From assembly GCA_016297915.1 (NCBI GenBank), contig JAEDFU010000002.1, positions 31,798 to 95,797 on the forward strand: DNA of 64,000 nt, given 5' to 3'. The notes below the pieces were generated by a model that saw nothing but the letters and a program-made list of their open reading frames with translations, searched no databases and was not told the origin of the DNA. The position numbers and the translations under genes were made by a program. Below, piece after piece: positions 19,458 through 27,995 of this stretch; positions within the stretch are counted from its first letter, which is position 1, and every line of letters begins with the position of its first letter. The stretch is from Clostridia bacterium (lineage in GTDB: Bacteria; Bacillota; Clostridia; Christensenellales; UBA1242).

Positions 19458-20171
19458 ATGGCAAATTATGTATTAGTGTTGGCTGGAGGTGTTGGCTCAA
19501 GAACAGAACAGTCAATTCCAAAACAATTTATTAGTGTTAATGATAAGCCAATTATTATATATACACTTGAAGTTTTTGAAAAGTGCCAAGACATTGATGG
19601 AATTATAGTTACATGTTTAAGAGGTTGGCAAGAACCGCTTAAAGCATATGCAAAACAATATAATATTACAAAATTCAAAGATGTTATTGAGGGTGGAGTT
19701 ACAAGACTTGATTCTCTTAGAATTGGATGTAACAAAATTTGTGAGTTTGCCAAAGACGATGATTTGATTATTACTCATGATGGAGTAAGAGCATTGGTTA
19801 CAGAGGACTTGATTGAAGATAGCATCAGAGTTGCTAGGGATCACAATTTGGTTGTTGCTTTACAACCAGCTGTTGACACTATGTACATTACAAAAGATTT
19901 TTGTAACATTGATGATACAACTAATAGAGATGTGCTTGCATGTGGTCATACACCGGTGACCGTAAAAGTTGGATTTTACAAAGAAATGTTTAAAAAACTT
20001 GATGAATCTGGCAAAGATGGAGGTAATTGTATTGCCACTGCTGCACTCGCTATAAATGAAAAAATTTATGGATCAAAAAGTTCGTCAAGAAACATAAAAA
20101 TTACTACCAAGGAAGATATTGATATATTTAAAGGATTAAAATTACTTGACTCTATCAATCATCAAAAGTGA
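19458..20171 (+). CDS. IspD/TarI-family cytidylyltransferase (CDP-polyol synthase-like)
   Basis: N-terminal VLAGGVGSR...PKQF, 237 aa. SD aaggag. Ends in TGA. Confidence 0.8.
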   Translation: MANYVLVLAGGVGSRTEQSIPKQFISVNDKPIIIYTLEVFEKCQDIDGIIVTCLRGWQEPLKAYAKQYNITKFKDVIEGGVTRLDSLRIGCNKICEFAKDDDLIITHDGVRALVTEDLIEDSIRVARDHNLVVALQPAVDTMYITKDFCNIDDTTNRDVLACGHTPVTVKVGFYKEMFKKLDESGKDGGNCIATAALAINEKIYGSKSSSRNIKITTKEDIDIFKGLKLLDSINHQK

Positions 20172-20177
20172 GTATAT

Positions 20178-20885
20178 ATGCAAAAAGAATTGAAGAAGTT
20201 GCCTAAGCACATTGCGTTTATTATTGACGGCAATGGCAGGTGGGCAAAGAGCAGGGGGCTTACTAGGTCTCTTGGACACAAGGCTGGATTTTCGAGGCTC
20301 GAAAAAATTATTAAAGAATGTTTTTATGGTTACGGCATACCAATTGTTAGTATCTATGCTTTTTCTACCGAAAACTGGAATAGACCAGAGGCTGAGGTCA
20401 ACTACCTTATGGATTTATTCCGCAAATATCTAAACAAGAGTTTTCTCAAGAAATACCCTGAGGTCAGATTTAATCATATGGGCGATCCAAATGGACTTCC
20501 TGATGATATTGCCAAAAAAGCAAAGAATCTTATGGATGCAACTGCCGACCGAGACAAATTTACATTGAATATTGGCATTAATTACTCTGGTCAAGATGAA
20601 CTAGTGATTGCTGTTAATAATATTTTGGAAGAGGGAATAACACATGTGGATAGGCAGGTTATTGCCGATCACTTGTTTACGCATGGTCAACCACCAGTTG
20701 ATTTGATGATAAGAACCAGCGGTGAGCAGAGACTTAGCAACTTTATGCTATGGCAAGTAGCGTATGCTGAGTTTTATTTCCCAAAGTGTCATTGGCCAGC
20801 TTTTAATAGCAGACAACTGTTCAAGGCACTTGAGGAGTACCAAAATAGAGACCGTAGATTTGGTGCGATAAAGGAAGAAAAATAA
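20178..20885 (+). CDS. uppS: Undecaprenyl diphosphate synthase
   Basis: HIAFIIDGNGRWA and RTSGEQRLSNFMLWQ motifs. Confidence 0.93.
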   Translation: MQKELKKLPKHIAFIIDGNGRWAKSRGLTRSLGHKAGFSRLEKIIKECFYGYGIPIVSIYAFSTENWNRPEAEVNYLMDLFRKYLNKSFLKKYPEVRFNHMGDPNGLPDDIAKKAKNLMDATADRDKFTLNIGINYSGQDELVIAVNNILEEGITHVDRQVIADHLFTHGQPPVDLMIRTSGEQRLSNFMLWQVAYAEFYFPKCHWPAFNSRQLFKALEEYQNRDRRFGAIKEEK

Positions 20886-20894
20886 TCTAGTTTT

Positions 20895-22157
20895 ATGGAT
20901 TTTGCAAAACTAAAAAAGTATTACATGGACAATAGGCTAATTTTTAATTGCGGACTGCTTGCAATACTTTTTTTTATTAATTGCTTTGTGGCGGACTTTT
21001 CGTACTTAGTTTTTTTTGTTTTAATGATTGGAGTTCTATTTGAGAACAAACAAAATAGCTTTTCGATGCTTGTATTTTCTGTTCCATTTTGTGGAATAGA
21101 CGAGTATTTGGGCGTATATTTACTATTTGCTTGTGTGGCAATATTTATTATTAAAAACCATATTATTATGCGTTTTTTTGATAAATTAAAAGTTAATTGG
21201 TTTGTGGTTTGTAGTATCTTTATGTTTTTGATATATGCTCTACTTCCAATTGGGGAGTATAGCCAAGGACTATTTGTTAAGCTTATTATTATCCTCAGTA
21301 TCGTCCTCCTTGTTAATTTATTTATTAATTACAAGGGGCTACTCAATCTTAAGTTCAACCTAAATGTTATGGCAATTGGACTTATTATCTCGGCGGCGTT
21401 CTATCTTACATACTTTGTTTCGCCACATATGCACGATAAGCCTATATCTGTAACTGAGGATTTTATTAGATTTGCAGCACTTCTTATGAATCCAAATGCT
21501 CTTGCAATGATATGTGAAATTTGCTTGAGTTTGCTTACAATTTATCTGATACAAGACAAATTTGAGTGGAACGACATCATTGCTTATATTATCTTTGCAG
21601 TGCTTGGACTATCTACATTCTCCAAAACATTTCTTATTCTTTTTGGAATACTTGGGATTATTTTGTTTGTGTATCTAATTCGCAAATTCAAATGGAAGAT
21701 TGCGTGGCTTGTATGTGTGATTTGTGGACTTATTATGTTTGCTGTCATCTTTAAAGGCGACTTTTTGTTTGCTTACTTGCGTAGATTTGTAAATATTAAC
21801 CTAAACGATAACTATGATACCACTTTCGAAAAATTTTTGAATGTCTTGACCACTGGCAGATACAAGCTTTGGTCGGCGGTTCTTAGTTATATGTTTATGA
21901 ACCCAATTGTTATTTTCTTTGGCAGAGGGCTTGGCGCTCCGCTGGTTGCATCACTTTCGGCACATAATTTTTATATTACAATGATTTTCGAACTAGGAAT
22001 TGTTGGCTCTATTCTATTTGTGCTTATGTTTGTGGCTCTAATTTTGGATTACAAAAAACGCAATCCGGATTACAAATTCCAAAAAGCATACTTGATTCCA
22101 ATAATTATTATTGGTCTGCTTATGATGGTCGAGGATTTGTTCTTGTATATATATTGA
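20895..22157 (+). CDS. O-antigen ligase/polymerase-like (Wzy_C domain) membrane protein
   Basis: 420 aa and polytopic. The late loop AHNFYITMIFELGIVG resembles the O-antigen ligase family motif. Confidence 0.6.
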   Translation: MDFAKLKKYYMDNRLIFNCGLLAILFFINCFVADFSYLVFFVLMIGVLFENKQNSFSMLVFSVPFCGIDEYLGVYLLFACVAIFIIKNHIIMRFFDKLKVNWFVVCSIFMFLIYALLPIGEYSQGLFVKLIIILSIVLLVNLFINYKGLLNLKFNLNVMAIGLIISAAFYLTYFVSPHMHDKPISVTEDFIRFAALLMNPNALAMICEICLSLLTIYLIQDKFEWNDIIAYIIFAVLGLSTFSKTFLILFGILGIILFVYLIRKFKWKIAWLVCVICGLIMFAVIFKGDFLFAYLRRFVNINLNDNYDTTFEKFLNVLTTGRYKLWSAVLSYMFMNPIVIFFGRGLGAPLVASLSAHNFYITMIFELGIVGSILFVLMFVALILDYKKRNPDYKFQKAYLIPIIIIGLLMMVEDLFLYIY

Positions 22158-22218
22158 TAGTGAGTATTATAGTGAATTTATAAGTACTGAGTTATTAAAA
22201 ATTAGAGAGAAAAATATT

Positions 22219-24840
22219 ATGAAACAATATTATCAGATGAAATATCAAGATGTGATAAAGACATTGTACAGTGATGATGTGCAGGGACTTTCTAGTGAAG
22301 AAGTTGACAATAGGCTAGAAAGAGACGGAAATAATATTCTTAAACAAAAGAATAAAAAAAGCCCTCTGAAAATTTTATTTGGACAATTTGCAAATATTAT
22401 GATACTGTTGCTGATTTTGGTGGGAATTGTTTCTCTTGTATATTCTATTGTTAATAAAGAAAGTCCAATAGAATCAATTGTTATATTTTCTTGCGTCATC
22501 ATAAATGCTCTTATGGGATTTATTCAGGAAATGAAATCTGAAAACGCAATTGAATCACTCAAAACTGTTACCACTTCAAAAGTCCAAGTAAAAAGAGATG
22601 GTGCGTGGAAAGAAATCGACGCCAAAGAACTTGTTGTGGGAGATATTATTAGTCTTGATGCTGGAGACAAAGTTCCAGCTGATGCTAGAATTATAAGGGC
22701 AGTTGGTTTGAAGGTTGATGAATCTTTGCTTACTGGAGAGAGTTTGTCTGTTGAAAAAAGTGAGAGCGAATTGGTTGGGGACAAATTAATACAAGAACAA
22801 ACAAATATTCTATTCTCGGGAACTAGTATTGTAAATGGGCGAGCAGAAGCCGTGGTTATTTATACTGGTATGGATACTGAAATTGGCAAAATAGCAGGTT
22901 CTATTGATAAATCTGAAGACGCATTGACCCCTTTGCAAGTTAAGATAAAAAAGGTTAGTGGTTTTATATCTGTAATTGCGTGTGTATTGGTAGCAATTAC
23001 ATTTTGCTACGGTTTGATTTTAAAAAAAGATGCATTATCCATAATTATGTTATGTATATCTATGGTTCTAGCATCAGTTCCTGAAGTTTTGCCAATTTCA
23101 ATAACTGCCACCTTAACTATAGGTGTAAAACAAATGGCAAAAAAACAAACTGTAGTTAAACAATTGTCTGCTATTGAAACCTTGGGGTCCACTCAAATAA
23201 TATGTTCGGACAAAACAGGAACAATCACCACCAATCAAATGACATTGGTTGAGATTTATGCTAATGAAAAAAAATATATTGATATCAAAAAAAATTATAA
23301 TGAATTAGAAATGTGCAATAATATTTTGGGATTATGCAATGATACAGTTAATGATAGTCAAAATATTGGTAATTATATTGGTGACCCAGTAGAAATTGCA
23401 TTAAGCAAATATTTGTTTAACTTGGGCAAAAATGTCGACGACTTGAAAAATAAATACAAGAGAATTGACGAGATACCATTTGACTCAACTAGAAAAATGA
23501 TGAGCACACTTAATTCTTTTGGTGAGCAAGAACTTATTTTGACCAAAGGTGGCTTTAGTGAAGTAATCAAGCATTGTAGTAATTATCTAAAAAATGGAAA
23601 AGTCTTGAAACTCAATAGTCGTGTTATTGCTAATTATTTGCGTCACGAAAAAATGATGAGCAAAAAGGCTTATAAAGTTTTGGCACTAGCATACAAACCG
23701 GTGAACGACAAAAAAGACTTTAAAGAAGAAAATCTTGTATTGGTTGGAATAATTGGACTGATTGATCCTCCAAAAGATGGCGTCAAGGAAGCTGTTGAAA
23801 AGTGTAAACAAGCAAAAATCAAACCTATTATGATAACTGGAGATAGTCTTGCAACGGCTATAGCTGTTGCAAAAGATATTGGTATTGCTAGCTGTGATAG
23901 TCAGGGTGTTGAAGGCAAAGTGATAGACAAAATGACTGATGATGAACTCGTTTCATTTGTAAAAAAATATACTGTTTTTGCGAGAGTTACTCCAGAGCAC
24001 AAGGTTAGGATTGTCAGAGCCTTTCAGTCATCAGGAAAAGTTGTTGCAATGACAGGAGATGGTGTTAATGATGCTCCAGCTCTTAAGTTGGCACATGTTG
24101 GTATCGGAATGGGTAGGTCTGGTACAGATGTTACCAAAAATGTTGCGGATATAATTCTTATGGATGATAGTTTTTCCACCATTGTTTCGGCCGTTGAAGA
24201 AGGAAGAAGAATTTATAACAATGTGCTTAGAACTATTCTATATAATCTATCTTCAAATTTTGCTGAGATCTTTTTGATAATTATAGGGATGATTATGTTA
24301 AAAGATATTATTTCGCCACTGCATATCCTTTATATAGATTTGGTGGCAGATACTATTCCGTCTATTGCTCTAGCATTTGAAAAAGATAGTCCACAAAGCA
24401 TGAAACAAAAACCTAATGGATTGAATAAAAAAGTGTTTACTCCATTTATGATTTCAAGTATTTTGGTTTCGGCAATTATTGAAACTTTAATTTCGTTAGG
24501 CGTATTTTTGGTATCCGCAAACTTATTTGGATATCCCGTAGCTCAAACTTTGGCACTGCTATCAGTTGTTATTAATGAATTTGTGTTTACTTATAATTGC
24601 AAAGAGCTTAAAACATTTAGTTTTAAAAAGGGATTATTTGGAAACAAGTTTATGAATATCTCAATAATAATTTTGTTAGCAGTTCAAATTATTGTATTCT
24701 TTTCTCCAATAGGGGTATTGTTTGGGATAACCAAAATTAATTGTTTGCAATTTTTGACCGTTGTTGTTGTTAACATTTTTGGTTTTGTATTGATTGAATT
24801 AGCAAAGCCAATTTTAAACAAACTGTTTGCTGATAAATAA
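22219..24840 (+). CDS. P-type (P2, Ca2+-type) cation-transporting ATPase
   Basis: 873 aa with TGES, CSDKTGTITTN, MITGD and GDGVNDAPAL motifs. Confidence 0.9.
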   Translation: MKQYYQMKYQDVIKTLYSDDVQGLSSEEVDNRLERDGNNILKQKNKKSPLKILFGQFANIMILLLILVGIVSLVYSIVNKESPIESIVIFSCVIINALMGFIQEMKSENAIESLKTVTTSKVQVKRDGAWKEIDAKELVVGDIISLDAGDKVPADARIIRAVGLKVDESLLTGESLSVEKSESELVGDKLIQEQTNILFSGTSIVNGRAEAVVIYTGMDTEIGKIAGSIDKSEDALTPLQVKIKKVSGFISVIACVLVAITFCYGLILKKDALSIIMLCISMVLASVPEVLPISITATLTIGVKQMAKKQTVVKQLSAIETLGSTQIICSDKTGTITTNQMTLVEIYANEKKYIDIKKNYNELEMCNNILGLCNDTVNDSQNIGNYIGDPVEIALSKYLFNLGKNVDDLKNKYKRIDEIPFDSTRKMMSTLNSFGEQELILTKGGFSEVIKHCSNYLKNGKVLKLNSRVIANYLRHEKMMSKKAYKVLALAYKPVNDKKDFKEENLVLVGIIGLIDPPKDGVKEAVEKCKQAKIKPIMITGDSLATAIAVAKDIGIASCDSQGVEGKVIDKMTDDELVSFVKKYTVFARVTPEHKVRIVRAFQSSGKVVAMTGDGVNDAPALKLAHVGIGMGRSGTDVTKNVADIILMDDSFSTIVSAVEEGRRIYNNVLRTILYNLSSNFAEIFLIIIGMIMLKDIISPLHILYIDLVADTIPSIALAFEKDSPQSMKQKPNGLNKKVFTPFMISSILVSAIIETLISLGVFLVSANLFGYPVAQTLALLSVVINEFVFTYNCKELKTFSFKKGLFGNKFMNISIIILLAVQIIVFFSPIGVLFGITKINCLQFLTVVVVNIFGFVLIELAKPILNKLFADK

Positions 24841-24890
24841 CGCCACGCAAGATATTTTTAATAAAATTTTTCGTTAAATGGGAGAGTATT

Positions 24891-25787
24891 ATGAAAGTCA
24901 TAAATGTTTTGAATGAATCATTAAAACTTGAAGACATAAAGAATAAAATAATAATTATTACAAAAGCTCAACTAAATCAGGTTTTTGATATAAAAAAAGA
25001 TAAAGAAATTATTAATGGGCTCAAGTATATAGACTCCAACAAAATTGAAACATACGATGATAAATATTTGCTGACATTTAATTTTTTGACTGAAGAAAAC
25101 AAGCGTACAAATTTGGAGAAAATTGGTATTTATTCGGATTTTAAGACTTTTGCAGTATTTGTAACTAACAACAAAGACATTTTGGTTGGTGAACTTGAAA
25201 ATTTGGCTCAAGCTGACTTGGATTACGCAGGAATTCTGCTTTCACTTATGGCAAATGCTACGGATAATGATTATATAAAATTAGAGAGCCTCGAAAATGA
25301 ACTAAATGATTTTGACGAAAAATTGTCTGTAGAAAGAGATTTGGAAAAGTATTCCAAAAAAATCATGTACTACAAAAAATATTTAATTAAATTGAAACAT
25401 CATTATGAGCAAATTAATTATATAATTGACTTTTTTGCTGGTCATAGTGAATTGCTCACACTTCAAGAGGAAAAAGACAAACTTTATATGTTGACTCGAA
25501 GAATTCCTAAGTTGGTCAAAGAGGTTGTTTCTTTTATGGATACCTTGTCTCAGACAAGAGAGAATTATCAAGCCCAAATTCAAATAAAACAAAGTAATTT
25601 GATGAAAATTTTTACAATAATTACAGTTGTGTTTACTCCGCTTCAATTTATAGTGGGTTGGTATGGAATGAATCTTATAATGCCTGAGTTTGGCTTTAGA
25701 TATTCTTATCCAATAGTAATAACGCTATGCGTTATTACTATAGTTACATTGATTGTTATTTTCAAAAAGAAAAATTGGTTTAAATAA
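24891..25787 (+). CDS. CorA-family divalent cation transporter (divergent N-terminal domain)
   Basis: C-terminal VGWYGMNL motif followed by a second TM segment. 298 aa. Confidence 0.7.
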   Translation: MKVINVLNESLKLEDIKNKIIIITKAQLNQVFDIKKDKEIINGLKYIDSNKIETYDDKYLLTFNFLTEENKRTNLEKIGIYSDFKTFAVFVTNNKDILVGELENLAQADLDYAGILLSLMANATDNDYIKLESLENELNDFDEKLSVERDLEKYSKKIMYYKKYLIKLKHHYEQINYIIDFFAGHSELLTLQEEKDKLYMLTRRIPKLVKEVVSFMDTLSQTRENYQAQIQIKQSNLMKIFTIITVVFTPLQFIVGWYGMNLIMPEFGFRYSYPIVITLCVITIVTLIVIFKKKNWFK

Positions 25788-25843
25788 TATAAATTGTCAA
25801 ACAATTATTCAAAAGGTCATTGGAGTTTTTTGACTATTAAACA

Positions 25844-25876
25844 AATATCCCCCAGTTCAACTGGGGGATATTTATT
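25844..25876. terminator. Bidirectional terminator
   Basis: Hairpin aatatcccccag / ctgggggatatt with a 5-nt loop, between convergent genes. Confidence 0.75.
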
Positions 25877-25892
25877 TAATATTTAATAAACA

Positions 25893-26105
25893 TTAAGCCA
25901 AAACAACGATGTCTCTAGATATGATCATTGTAACTAGGTCAATAACATAGAAAATTGGACACAAGATAAAATTAAGGATTGCTCCTAAAATATTTCCTCT
26001 TTGTGCTCTTGTAATAATTCCGCAAACAATGCTTGTAACAGGGATGATTGCAAGAATTAAACAAACCAACCAGCTTAGACCAAAATATCTTTTTGTGCTT
26101 GCCAT
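25893..26105 (-). CDS. Small membrane protein (70 aa, two hydrophobic helices)
   Basis: The track ORF starts at 26177, but the ATG at 26105 has SD aaggag 7 nt upstream. Product is MASTKRYFGLSWLVCLILAIIPVTSIVCGIITRAQRGNILGAILNFILCPIFYVIDLV... Confidence 0.65.
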   Translation of the reverse strand: MASTKRYFGLSWLVCLILAIIPVTSIVCGIITRAQRGNILGAILNFILCPIFYVIDLVTMIISRDIVVLA

Positions 26106-26347
26106 AATATTCTCCTTATACAAAAAATTTTTATGAAAATGCGCTATTATTTTAAACAAAATGTCGAGTTTTGTCAACTGTTTTTTTTGTATGGCTTTGC
26201 AAAATTATTTTAACTTGTATTTTTTAGTCTAGTTGCAAATAACAAAAGTTTAAAAAAACAATTGTAATAACACCTTATTTTATTTATATGCTATGGCTTG
26301 TACAATTATGACTGGAGCAAAATATTTTGCTCCAGATAACTTTGGCG

Positions 26348-26485
26348 TTATATAGTTGTTGTCGAAAAAGTTGCATTTACTACAACTGTAGAAATTCCTC
26401 CGCATCTATTTACGATAACAAATGGATTTGCACAAGGACACAAAAAATTACAACAGTTTCGTCTGCATCCACATATTGTGTTCAT
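26348..26485 (-). CDS. Untracked 45-aa cysteine-rich small ORF
   Basis: Hand translation gives MNTICGCRRNCCNFLCPCANPFVIVNRCGGISTVVVNATFSTTTI plus TAA. SD AGGAG lies 8 nt upstream. No alternative in-frame start exists back to the upstream stop at 26573-26575. A perfect hairpin ctggagcaaaat/attttgctccag (26312-26335) lies just downstream. Confidence 0.55.
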   Translation of the reverse strand: MNTICGCRRNCCNFLCPCANPFVIVNRCGGISTVVVNATFSTTTI

Positions 26486-26640
26486 ATTCTTTTCTCCTAG
26501 GTCTAAAAAGTGATGACAAAATTTGTTTTTGCAAAATATATGCGTTTTGCAGTTTACCGCAAAAAAGCAAATCTACACATCACTACTACATCTTATGCGG
26601 TTTTTTGGATAATTGTTTCAAGACTTATTGACCAAAACTG

Positions 26641-26669
26641 TTGACATATGATTTTTGCCATGCTAAAAT
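26641..26669 (+). promoter_or_regulatory. Promoter of the pheST T-box leader
   Basis: TTGACA at 26641-26646, a 17-nt spacer, and TGcTAAAAT extended -10 ending at 26669. Confidence 0.6.
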
Positions 26670-26675
26670 TAAACC

Positions 26676-26945
26676 AGTTTAAAAATGCTAAGATAATGTA
26701 TTTAGTAGTTGCATGGAACTTACATAAGAGATAGATTGCCGTAGGCTGAGAGCAATTTAAAAGTCTAACATGTATACGAATTTCGCACATTGGAGTTGCT
26801 AGTAGGAAATGACTAGACGGGTTGGTTTGCCGTGATACAAACTGAACTTTGAGAAAGGGCTTTGTGCTCTTTGAATTAGGGTGGTACCACGAAAAAAATA
26901 CATTTCGTCCCTATGGTGTTTTTTGCACCATGGGGCTTTTTTAAA
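26676..26945 (+). promoter_or_regulatory. T-box riboswitch leader (Phe specifier) controlling pheST
   Basis: Stem-I-like AGAGA and GCUGAGA elements; candidate specifier gaaUUUCg (UUC followed by a purine); T-box sequence AATTAGGGTGGTACCACG at 26874-26891, with UGGU to pair with the tRNA ACCA end; terminator ccctatggtg/caccatgggg (26909-26935) followed by a T-run. Confidence 0.85.
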
Positions 26946-26959
26946 TTAAAGGAGAGAGT

Positions 26960-27985
26960 ATGTTAAAAATAGAAGAATTACTTACTAAATTTGAAAATTC
27001 GCTAGGAACTATTGAGACCGATGAGCAGTTAAATAGCGTAAGACAAGAATATCTTGGCAAGTCTGGTCATGTAACCGACGCCATGAAACAAATTAAGGAT
27101 GTTCCAAATGACCAAAAAAAAGCTTATGGTGAGGCTGTTAACAAAATTAAAGTAAAAATTGAAGAAGGTTTGCAAGGACTTAAGCAAAAGATTCAAGCCA
27201 AGGCTCTTGAAAAAAAGCTCAAAAACACTCCAAAAGTTGATTTGACAATTCCTTACACCAAACAAGTTGGCAGTTTGCATCCAATTACTATTGCCGAAAA
27301 AAAGGTCGTAGAAGTTTTTAGGTCGATGGGCTTTATTGTAGAGGACGGCTATGAGGTTGAGACTGAGTACAACAACTTTGAGGCAGTAAATGTTCCAAAG
27401 GATCATCCTGCTAGAGATACACAGGATACATTCTGGCTAAACAATGGTCAAGTCTTGCGTACACATACTTCTGCAAATCAAAATAGGGTTATGAAAACAT
27501 ACGGTGCGCCACTAAGAGCAATTTTCCCAGGAAGATGCTATCGTAACGAGGCTTTGGATGCTTCTCACGATACAACATTCTGGCAATGCGAAGGAATGGT
27601 TATAGACGAAAACATCAATGTCGCCAACCTAATTTTCTTTATGAAGACAATGCTCACCGAAGTTTTTGGCAAAGAGATTGAGGTCAGACTTAGACCGGGA
27701 TTTTTCCCATTTACAGAGCCTAGTTTTGAGCTTGATTGCTCGTGCCCTTACTGCGAAGGCAAAGGATGCAAGGTTTGCAAACAAGGTGGCTGGATTGAAC
27801 TTTGCCCATGTGGAATGATTCACCCCGAAGTTCTCAAAATGGGCGGAATAGATACAGACAAATACCAAGGATTTGCTTTTGGCTTGGGACTTAGCAGACT
27901 TGCAATGATGAACAAAAATATTTCTACAATTAGAGTTATGAATGGCTGTAAACTCAAAGAACTAAAACAAGCCAAGATTAAGTAG
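26960..27985 (+). CDS. pheS: Phenylalanine-tRNA ligase alpha subunit
   Basis: FPFTEPS and GFAFGLGLSRLAM motifs. 341 aa. Confidence 0.95.
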   Translation: MLKIEELLTKFENSLGTIETDEQLNSVRQEYLGKSGHVTDAMKQIKDVPNDQKKAYGEAVNKIKVKIEEGLQGLKQKIQAKALEKKLKNTPKVDLTIPYTKQVGSLHPITIAEKKVVEVFRSMGFIVEDGYEVETEYNNFEAVNVPKDHPARDTQDTFWLNNGQVLRTHTSANQNRVMKTYGAPLRAIFPGRCYRNEALDASHDTTFWQCEGMVIDENINVANLIFFMKTMLTEVFGKEIEVRLRPGFFPFTEPSFELDCSCPYCEGKGCKVCKQGGWIELCPCGMIHPEVLKMGGIDTDKYQGFAFGLGLSRLAMMNKNISTIRVMNGCKLKELKQAKIK

Positions 27986-27995
27986 GGAGGAATTT

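Noticed and set aside
26348-26485. Identifying the Cys-rich peptide as a SCIFF-type ranthipeptide (also 45 aa with six Cys).
   Set aside because: The Cys spacing and the C-terminal Cys-rich SCIFF motif do not match; here the Cys cluster is N-terminal. No adjacent SPASM radical-SAM maturase exists, and the only radical-SAM gene in the window is nrdG.
26422-26631. 69-aa plus-strand ORF in the gap upstream of the pheS T-box.
   Set aside because: It has no SD and is antisense to the much better supported 45-aa Cys-rich ORF and its promoter. It is low-complexity, AT-driven sequence.
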